This document shows, piece after piece, positions 54,665-64,000 of a stretch of DNA of 64,000 nucleotides (positions within the stretch are counted from its first letter, which is position 1; each line of letters starts with the position of its first letter). The notes beneath the pieces were generated by a model. It was not told the DNA's origin and did not search any database. It saw nothing but the letters and a program-made list of their open reading frames with translations. The stretch lies in contig NC_043023.1 of assembly GCF_006345805.1 (NCBI RefSeq), positions 1,612,001 through 1,676,000 of the forward strand, written 5' to 3'. The DNA comes from Octopus sinensis. Lineage: Eukaryota. Position numbers and translations under genes: made by a program.

Positions 54665-55092
54665 CCATACACTTACCTATTTCTTTACTGCCCACAAGGG
54701 GCTAAACACAGAGGGGACAAACAAGGACAGACAAATGGATTAAGTCAATTACATCGACCCCAGTGCATAACTGGTACTTATTTAATCGACCCCGAAAGGA
54801 TGAAAGGCAAAGTCGACCTCGGTGGAATTTGAACTCAGAACGTAACGGCAGACAAAATACTTATTTCTTTACTACCCACAAGGGGCTAAACATAGAGGGG
54901 ACGAACAAGGACAGACAAATGGATTAAGATGATTACATCGACCCCAGTACGTAGCTGGTAATTATTTAATCGACCCCGAAGGGATGAAAGGCAAAGTCGA
55001 CCTCAGTGGGATTTGAACTCAGAACGTAGCGGCAGACGAAATACTGCTAAGCATTTCGCCCAGAGTGCTAACAATTCTGCCAGCTCACCATC
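54665..55092 (-). mobile_element. SINE B with tandemly duplicated body
   Basis: ~190-bp block repeated at 54680-54865 and 54868-55035. Confidence 0.85.
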
Positions 55093-56194
55093 TTCCAAAC
55101 CCTACACTTACCTGCCAAGCAACCAACCACACACACACAAGTGCACGCATTCAACTGACCTATTTCCCATCCATCAACTGCAGCTACTCCCTCCAATACA
55201 CCCCCACACACACATTTGTACCCGCTCACACGATGGGGATGAGAGACTTCTCACCCCTGTCTGCATCTCTACACCCTTTGTTTATAACCAAAAACCAAAC
55301 AAAAACATTCCAAGTCATCTATTAAACAATACTGAACTATATGTTTTTTTTACAATTTATTTTTATCATTATCATCATCATTATTATTATTATCATTAAG
55401 GCAGCAAGATGGCAGAATTGTTAGCACACTAGGTGAAATGCTTAGCGGTATTTTGCCCATCGCTATGTTCTGAGTTCAAATTCTGCTTTTGTCCTGCTTT
55501 TCTTCCGTCAACCTGTACATAACTGCACCTTCCATTTTTTGTTGTTTTTGTACTGCTTAAAGGCACGTTTCTTTCCTGACAAGCTTACTGTTTAAACCAT
55601 GTTTGTGTTCTCCCAGTCAACAGCCTTATCATTACTGGTACTTTAAACTCTTTGGTTGCATATTTGTGTGAATAAAATCGCTTTTCTTTGGAATAGAAAA
55701 AAAGTCTATCTTTATTTCTTCTTTTGCTGGTGTCTCAAATTTAGGTTAAATCAGTGTTTCTCAAAGGGGAGGCCTATGGGACGGTCGGACAAGTTGTTTT
55801 GACAAAATTTGGTTTAAATGCTTGACAACTCAGCACCGTCCATTGGACGGGGGATGTTTTACTCATATATATATATATATATATTCCTCTGGATTTGCCA
55901 GCTTCTGTCATGCTGTCCAACCCATGCTAGTATGGAAAACAGACATTAAATGATGATGAAGATGATTTAGCAATCATGAGTACAATATAAATACACACAC
56001 GCATGAACACAAACACACACTGAGTTCATCTGTTAAATAAGATGGATAAACCCAGTATAGCTTCAATGACCACCCAGCAATACCATGGGTCCACCGAAAT
56101 TCCAGGTTGGTGTCTGCTATGTTGGAAGACCACAGGGAGTGAGGCACCACTTAGCTTGTGTTAAAGCATTTCTTTAAGAGAAGGTGGCCAATGC

Positions 56195-56460
56195 TAGTGC
56201 AGCCTTCACCGGCTTCCGTGCCGGTGGCACGTTAAAAGCACCAACCGATCGTGGCCGCTGCCAGACTCGCCTGACACCTGTGCCAGTAGCATGTAAAAAG
56301 CACCCGCGGAGAGGTTGGCGTTAGGAAGGGCATCCAGCTGTAGAAACACTGCCAGATCAGACTGGAGCCTGGTGCAGCTTCCTGGCTTCCCAGACCCTGG
56401 TCGAACTGTCCAACCCGTGCTAGCATGGAAAACGGACATTAAACGATGATGATGATGAAG
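56195..56460 (+). mobile_element. RTE-tail repeat
   Basis: ggcgttaggaagggcatccagctgtagaaacactgccagatc...cggacattaaacgatgatgatg. Confidence 0.85.
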
Positions 56461-56739
56461 GTCACTTTGATATAGAACAGGATATGCATTGAACATCTTG
56501 GGGATCTGTCGCTTATGCTTGAGGTCATGCTGCTCCCATATTCCTGAGCCTGCGATCCATACTGGCATTGGATATCTTGACCTGGCTTCTCTCTGGACCA
56601 GGTCAATAGGACAGAGAGGGTCAATGAGGCGCTGTGCAAGCCTTATTGGATCTAAAGCTTAACATGAGTATTGGTTTGTCAATCATGGTCATAGGTGTTT
56701 ACCAGTTGACAGCCATGATGTATATATTTGTGTGTATAA

Positions 56740-57870
56740 ATAATGCAGTCCTAGATACACTATGTCAGAAGAAAAGATGGGATGGTCACAGCTGAAATAT
56801 CTTTGATCACAGCTCTACTGGATAAGGACTGACCTGGGGCTGAACAACAACAACACCTATAGTCATTAATACTAACTATTATACTATACATTCAATAGTG
56901 TAGTCCTAGATACACTAGTACTAACAGATGGGATGAGCTTAGCAGGAGCATCTTTGATCATAGATCTGTTGGACCAGGACTGACCTGGGGCTAAACAACA
57001 ATAGCAATTATGAATACTAACAACTATACAATACATTAGATAATGTATTCCTAGATAAACTATGTCTGAATAAAAGATGGGATGGTCATATCTGGAACAT
57101 CACAGGTCCACAGGAGACCTGGGGCTAAACAATAAAAATTATAGCCATTACTACTAACTACTACATTATGAATTAGATAGTGTAGTCCTAGATACACTGT
57201 GTCTGAACAACAGATGGGATGGTCACAGCTGGAACATCTTTGATTATAGGCAAGCCTGCTGGATCATGATTGACCTGGGGCTAAACAAAAACAACCACTA
57301 TAGCCACAAATGACTACCATACATTAGATAATGTAGTCCAAGATACACTATGTCTGAATAAAAGATGGGATGGTCACAGCTGGAATGTCTTCGATTATCG
57401 GTCTACTAGGTCGGGAATGACTCAGGGCATAACAAAACAACTTTAACCCTTACACTAAACATTAGACAGAGTAGTCCTAGATACACTAACCCAGAATGAA
57501 AAATGGAATGGTCACAGCTGGAATGTCTTTGATCATAGGTCTGCTGATTGAAGACTGACCTAGGGTTAAAAAATAACAAAAACAACTATAACCCCTACAC
57601 TAAACATTAGATAGAGTAGTTCCAGATACACTAACCCAGAGTAAAAAATGGAATGGTCACAGCTGGAATGTCTTTGATCATAGGTCTGATTGAAGACTGA
57701 CCAAGGGTTAAAAAAATAACAAAAACAACTTTAACCCCTACACTAAACATTTGATAGAGTAGTCCCAGATACACTAACCCAGAATGAAAAATGTAATGGT
57801 CACAGCTGGAATGTCTTTGATCATAGTCCTGCTGATTGAAGACTGACCTAGGGTTAAAGACTAACAATAA
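56740..57870 (+). repeat. Tandem array of 8 ~145-bp units; inverted partial units at 58125-58570
   Basis: gtcctagatacact-like anchors at ~56747, 56903, 57048, 57184, 57337, 57473, 57619 and 57763. Confidence 0.88.
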
Positions 57871-58579
57871 CAACCATATTGACTAAATGATGACTAACCT
57901 CACCCCTCCCTTTATACCCCAGTGATTAAAAGGGTTGGTTTGTCATAATTAAAATTCAGTTTAGGGAACAAAAGAGGCTTGATGGTAAAGGGTGGTGGTG
58001 AGGGGGATGGTTTGATGGTTCTGACGGATGAGGGTGGAGAGTGAGAGAGGGAGAGAGACAGAGGGGTGAGAGAGGGAGAAAGAGCTGGGTAGTCTGACTG
58101 GGTAGTCCGGGTAGTCTGACTCTTATTTAGCCCCAGGCCAAACCTGATCCAGTAGTCTTATGATCAGAGATGTTCCAGATGTGACCATCCAATCTTTTAT
58201 TCAGACATAATTATCTAATGTACAAAATAAAAGTCAGTCATGGTGGCTATAGTTCTCATTGTTTAGCCCCAGTAGTCTTATGATCAGAGATGTTCCAGAT
58301 GTGACCATCCAAAGACACAGACACAAAGACACACACACACATAGATATATGACAGGCTTCTTTCAGTTTCCATCTACCAAATCCCCTTTTCTGCAAAGTA
58401 TTCAGTTTTTATAACTTGACATAGTACAGTAGTTAGTAGTAATGGCTATAGATGTTATCGTTGTTTAGCCCCAGGTAAGTCCTGTTCCAGCAGTTCCATC
58501 ATGAAAGACGTTCCTGCTATGACCATACCATCTGTTACTTAGTCCTAGTGTCTCTAATTGAGAATGGAGTAGTTAATAT

Positions 58580-58748
58580 ATATACGACAAGCTTCTTTCA
58601 GCTTCCGTCTACCAAATCCTCTCCCAAGGCTTTGGTTGACCCGAGGCTATAGTAGAAGACACTTGCCCAAGGTGCCATGCAGTGGGACTGAACCCGGAAC
58701 CATGTGGTTGGTAAGCAAGCTACTTACCACACAGCCACTCCTGTGCCT
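58580..58748 (-). mobile_element. SINE A 5' half
   Basis: Reverse-complement match. Confidence 0.85.
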
Positions 58749-58761
58749 AGATATATATATA

Positions 58762-58963
58762 TACTTATTAATAAGGGTTCAGCAAAGATTTGCTTTACCA
58801 CATACCGAAGTTTAGAAACAGCAGCCCAAAAATCTTAGCTATTTCTTCTAATCTCTAGAAGTCCCTTTTTAAAGTAGAAGAAATAGCTAAGATTTTTTGG
58901 CTGCTGTTTCTAAACTTCGGTATGTGGTAAAGCAAATCTTTGCTGAACCCTTATTAATAAGTA
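58762..58963. repeat. Near-perfect inverted repeat: 89-bp arms, 24-nt loop, one mismatch
   Basis: 58762-58850 is the reverse complement of 58875-58963 except at one position. Confidence 0.95.
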
Positions 58964-59649
58964 TTACTTAATTTTACCGTGAAATGGTCCTTTTTTCATA
59001 CCGAATTCTACTTGGTGAAATTATTGATTACTTCTTAATTAATTAATTTTACCCTTTGTTATTATATATATAGATATATACATAAATACTCACACTACCA
59101 TCACCAATACTACCACCATCACTAACACAACATTCCAGCATAACCACTACCACCACAACCACCACCACACTTTTGCCATCCAGTCATGGACTAATTCCTT
59201 GGGGTGTTAGGGGCACAGTAGATACACAGTGCAGTTGAGAGTATTTGTAATTTTAACAATTATATTATGCCTCGCCTTCCACACCCTCGTAAAAATGATG
59301 GTATTGGCTGCAGCACATGTAGTGGTGACGGTGATGGTGGTGGTGGATGTGGTGGTGGTGGTGGTTGTGGTTGTGGTGGTGGTGGTGGATGCAATGGTGG
59401 TGGTGGTGGTAGTGGCGGTAAAGAAAGTGTGCAGGTGTGTAGGATGTGGGGAGGAGGTGTTGCCGGAACATATTGGTTCCTTGGTTGTTTGTACTGTGCC
59501 CCAAACTAACCCACCCTAGCTCTGTTCCCACCCCATCATCAGGGGCTGTTCCCCTTTCATGTCTCTTTTCTTTTTCTTTCTTTTTGTGTATCCTAGAAAT
59601 TAATACAGTCCATGTTTGCTTAAGCAATGAGCAATAAACTTTACAATAA

Positions 59650-60140
59650 ACAAGGTGCATGGCTCAGTGGTCAGTGCTTCAGGCTCACAATCATAAGGTA
59701 ATGAGTTCAATTCCTTGACCAGGCTGTGTGTTGTGTTCTTGAGCAAGACACTTTATTTCATGTTGTTCCAATTCACTCAGATGTAGAAATGAGTTGTGAC
59801 ATTACTGGTGCAAATCCCTATCGGCCCCTTTGCCTTTCCCTGGGAAAACATTGGTGTATGGAGAAAAGAGGCTGGTATGCATGGGCGACTGCTGATCTTC
59901 TATAAACACCCTTGCCTGGACCTGTGCCTTAGAGGCGAACTTTGTAATTGCAATCTCATGGTCATTCATCACCAAAGGGGGGTCTTCACCCATTATCCAA
60001 TGTATATATCATGGTGTAGAGAGGGGAGGTTGATGTGCATGGGAGACTACTGGTCTTCCACATACAACTTTGCCTTGACTTGTGCCTTGGAAGGGAAATG
60101 TCTAGGTGCCATCCCAGTTATTCATGACCGACAGGTGTTC
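59650..60140 (+). mobile_element. tRNA-derived SINE with tandemly duplicated 3' module
   Basis: Head ggtgcatggctcagtgg...gagttcaattcc; 3' module repeated, as also at 37590-37855. Confidence 0.75.
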
Positions 60141-60169
60141 TTTACCCATTCTAAACAACAATGGCAATG

Positions 60170-61410
60170 ATAATAATAACAATAATAAAAACATTGTGTA
60201 CAGTGCTCGGGTGCACTACAACTCATCTAAAGTGTATATATAATCAGGTGTAGTTTCGGCGGATTTCGGAAAGCATGAGGGCCTTAAAGGATGCAGTGTC
60301 ATGACAGTCAACAACTGATGCAGGCAGTTTGTTCCATGCTTCAGCAACCCTGAGCGTGAAAAAATGTTTCCGAAAGTCATGGGAGCTGTGTTGTTTTCTG
60401 ACTTTGTAGGCATGTCCACGTGTGTTAGACACATGAAGATCAAAAAGGTGTTCAGTATTGTTGTTGGTGAGGTGGTTGATAACTTTGTGGGTGTTTACCA
60501 AGTCCATCGCCAGACGCCGGAGCTTCAGTGATTTCAAATTTTGGCACACGGCCAGCAAGTTCAGGCCCAGGGTGTAAGTGGGTTACTTACTGAAAAAGGT
60601 GCTCAAGATGGTTGTTAGCAACATGGTTAATAATTTTTTTGGTGTTTACCAAGTCAGTTGCCAGACATCAGAGCTTCACTGTATCTATACACAGATAGGG
60701 GTTCAGGACTGGTGATGAAAATTCCTTGTGTGGTCGCACCATAGCCATATATATATCTTTATTGCCCGCAAGGGGCTAAACATAGAGGGGACAAACAAGG
60801 ACAGACAAAGGGATTAAGTCGATTACATCGACCCCAGTGAGGAACTGGTACTTTATTTATCGACCCTGAGAGGATGAAAGGCAAAGTCGACCTCGGCGGA
60901 ATTTGAACTCAGAACGTAATGACAGACGAAATACTGCTAAGCATTTCGCCCGGCGCGCTAACGTTTCTGCCAGCTCGATAGCCATATACAGCCTTAAATA
61001 GACTGCTGGAGAGCAGCTGACAAAGGTCTTGCTGAGCGATATCAAGACACTCTCAACCTACTTGACAATTTTAGAGATGTGCTTTGTCCAGTGCAAATCA
61101 CAGCTGACAGTAATGCCCAGGATACTTTCGCAAGAAGACCTCTTGATATTAGTGTGGCAGAGAGAGTATGTGGATGCTGGGTTTTACCCCCGAAAATGGA
61201 TGGTGGTACACTTGTCTACATCCAGCTTGATTTGCCAGTCCATGATCCATTGTTGCACTGTGTCCCAGTTTGACTTGTTAAGGATCTGTCCTTTTTTGTC
61301 TCAAGCTACATCTTGATGTTATCTGCATATTTCAGCCCTGTGGAATCCTTTAGGTTGGCATCAAACAAAAAACGACCAAAAACAGATCCCTGCAATACAC
61401 CAGATGTATG
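60170..61410 (-). mobile_element. 5'-truncated CR1-clade LINE (RT C-terminal half and 3' end), interrupted by a SINE B
   Basis: QGSVFG, KYADNIKM, DWQIKLDVDKCTTIHF, ...NTRGHAYKVRKQHSSHDFRKHFFTLRVAEAWNKLP; (TTA)n tail. Confidence 0.85.
60752..60977 (-). mobile_element. SINE family B inserted in CR1 with 11-bp target-site duplication ATAGCCATATA
   Basis: TSD at 60741-60751 and 60978-60988. Confidence 0.88.
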
Positions 61411-61462
61411 TGTATGTATATATATATATATATATATATGGATGTGTAATGTCAGTGTTCAT

Positions 61463-62890
61463 AATCGTCAGAGTGTAAGTACTTTGAGAGAAAAGTTGAA
61501 CCTAAGAAGTGTCAGTTGTGGTGTGCAAGAGAGACGGCTGCGCTGGTATGGTCATGTGACGAGAATGGCTGAAGATAGTTGTGTGCAAAAGTGCTACACC
61601 CTAGCAGTTGAGGGAACCTGTGGAAGAGGTAGACCCAGGAAAACCTGGGACGAGGTGGTGAAGCACGACCTTCGAACTTTAGGTCTTACCAAGGAAATGA
61701 CTGAAGACCGAGTCCTATGGAAGTGTGCTGTGCATGAGAGGACCCGGCAGGACTAGTCAGGCCATATCCCGTGGCCCCTACCTGGGACGTAGTCGATCCA
61801 CCTGTGCATACCTTCCTTCTTGTGACACTTGTGAAGACCTGCTGAGGCAAGTGAAAGTCAATCAAAATAGATGAACATCAATGGAATTTGTATCTTTATG
61901 GTACCAGTGCCTGTGGCACACAAGAAAACCATCCGAACGTGGCCGTAGCCAGTACCGCATCGACTGGCCTCCGTGCTGTGGGAACATGGTGGCAATCCAT
62001 CAGTGCCGTAGTCAGTGTGGTGGGCACATGACAAACACCATCCGATCCGATCGTGGCCGTTCGCCAGCCTCATCTAGCACCTGTGTCGGTGGCACATAAA
62101 AACACCATCCGAAGACCCGGCAAGACTAGTCAGGCCATAACCCATGGCCCCTACCTGGGACGTAGTCAGTCCACCTGTGCATACCTTCCTTCTTGTGACA
62201 CTTGTGAAGACCTGTTGAGGCAAGTGAAAATCAAATCAAAACAAATCAAAATAGATGAACATCAATGGAATTTGTATCTTTGTGGTACCAGTGCCGGTGG
62301 CACGTGGCACATAAGAAAACCATCCGAACGTGGCCGTAGCCAGTACCGCATCGACTGGCCTCCGTGCTGTGGGCACGTAACAAGCACCTGTGGGCACGTA
62401 ACAAGCACCATCCGATCGTGGCCGTTTGCCAGCCTCATCTGGCACCTGTGTCGGTGGCACATAAAAACACCATCCGAGCGTGGCCGTCTGCCAGCCTCGT
62501 CTGGCACCTGTGTTGGTGGCACATAAAAAACACCATCCGAGCGTGGCCGTCTGCCAGCCTCGTCTGGCACCTGTGTCGGTGGCACATAAAAACACCATCC
62601 GAGCGTGGCCGCCTGCCAGCCTCGTCTGGCACCTGTGTCGGTGGCACATAAAAACACCATCCGAGCGTGGCCGTCTGCCAGCCTCGTCTGGCACCTGTGT
62701 CGGTGGCACATAAAATCACCCACTACACTCTCGGAGTGGTTGGCGTTAGGAAGGGCATCCAGCTGTAGAAACACTGCCAGATCTGACTGGACTGGTGCAG
62801 CTTTCGGGCTCCCCAGACCCCAGTTGAACCGTCCAACCCATGCTAGCATGGAAAGCGGACGTTAAATGAAAAAAAAAAAAAATGATGATG
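61463..62890 (+). mobile_element. RTE-clade LINE 3' end with long, internally repeated 3' UTR
   Basis: LREKLNLRSVSCGVQERRLRWYGHVTRMAEDSCVQKC...GRGRPRKTWDEVVKHDLRTLGLTKEMTEDRVLW...*; ~360-bp duplication; 5 x 62-bp tandem at ~62406-62716; A/(ATG) tail. Confidence 0.88.
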
Positions 62891-63031
62891 ATATACATAC
62901 AGAAATTTCTGTCGATCTTTTTTCGAGTAGCGTGCATATTGTGAAAAAATCATATGGTAAATGGACAATATGTCCAATTTTTCGGCATATTTGGCATTAG
63001 AAATTTTTTCGATTGCCCTTATTTATGAATT

Positions 63032-63074
<43 letters not shown>

Positions 63075-63186
63075 ATATACATACATACATATATGTATGT
63101 GTGTGTATATATATATATATGTATATATATATTTGTATATATGTATGTGTGTATATATACATATATATGTGTATATAAACTTCATC

Positions 63187-63455
63187 TTTTACTTGTTTCA
63201 GTAATTAGACTGTGGCCATGCTGGAGCACTGCATTGCAGTTTTTATTCAAACAAATCAACCCCAGTACTTATTTTATTTTCTTAAACCTGTTACATTTTC
63301 TATCAATCTCTTCTGCTGAACTGCCAAGTCACAGGGACATAGACATACCGACACTGATTGCAAGTAGTGGTGGAGGAAAGACACAGACACAAAGACACAC
63401 ACACACACATAGATATAGATATATGACAGGCTTCTTTCAGTTTCCATCTACCAAA
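63187..63455 (-). mobile_element. SINE A (partial)
   Basis: Reverse-complement match. Confidence 0.8.
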
Positions 63456-63627
63456 TCCCCTTTTCTGCAAAGTATTCAGTTTTTATAACTTGACATAAAA
63501 ACAAGCATTGATGTATAAATACATACGTATATATTTTTATGGCTGTGTGGTAAGAGCCTTGCTTCCCAACCACATGGTTCTGGGTTCAATACTACTGCTT
63601 GTCATCCTTGAGCAAGTATCTTCTACT

Positions 63628-63782
63628 CACTAGCATAGCTAGGGGGAGGACAGTAGGGGCAGCACTTTTAAAGGGGCGGCACATTTGGGTCTGCTGTAGA
63701 TAATATGTGTTTTTTCTGTTGGGTCGAGCGGCAGCAAATGGAAGGGCCGCCCTGGGCAGCACACACTCTAGCTACGTTAGTG
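63628..63782. mobile_element. 155-bp hAT-type MITE inserted in a SINE A
   Basis: Imperfect TIRs CACTAGCATAGCTAG / CACTAACGTAGCTAG (revcomp); 8-bp TSD CTTCTACT at 63620-63627 and 63783-63790. Confidence 0.85.
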
Positions 63783-64000
63783 CTTCTACTATAGCCTTGG
63801 GGTGACCAAAGCCTTTTCACTAGATTTGGTAGATGGGAATTGAAGGAAGCCCATTTGATGTGTGTGTATACAAATGTATACGATGGGCTTCTTTCAGTCT
63901 CCATCTATCAAATCCACTCATAAGGCCTTAGTCAGCCCAAGGCTATACTCTCTCTCTTTACTCTTTTACTTGTCTCAGTCATTTGACTGTAGCCATGCTG

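Noticed and set aside
56450-56630. Open minus-strand frame (PIRLAQRLIDPLCPIDLVQREARSRYPMPVWIAGSG...)
   Set aside because: No homology recognised and no donor site before it runs into a repeat
59229-59519. ORF with a signal-peptide-like hydrophobic N-terminus
   Set aside because: Starts at GTG and the remainder is a (GGT)n repeat translation

Overview
Eukaryotic, AT-rich, repeat-saturated genomic DNA. The SINE families resemble octopus tRNA-derived SINEs as I recall them, so a cephalopod (Octopus-like) source is likely but not verified. Nearly all ORFs in the supplied track are microsatellite or low-complexity artefacts. The only convincing host coding sequence is one 147-bp minus-strand exon (16186-16332) with a TPGPGTY SHIPPO1/STPG-type repeat, so much of the window is probably intron. 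The rest comprises several SINE families; RTE and CR1 LINE fragments; mariner, Tc1, hAT and Helitron relics; long microsatellites; and a 100-N gap. Most notable: (1) a complete minimal type I hammerhead ribozyme motif (43720-43762, minus) near the 3' end of an ORF-less ~2.1-kb Penelope/retrozyme-like element bracketed by inverted repeats; (2) a 17-copy 144-bp satellite built from SINE tRNA-like heads, with an inverted partner 2.6 kb away; (3) a near-perfect 89-bp-stem hairpin at 58762-58963; (4) repeated local tandem amplification of different retroposon modules.
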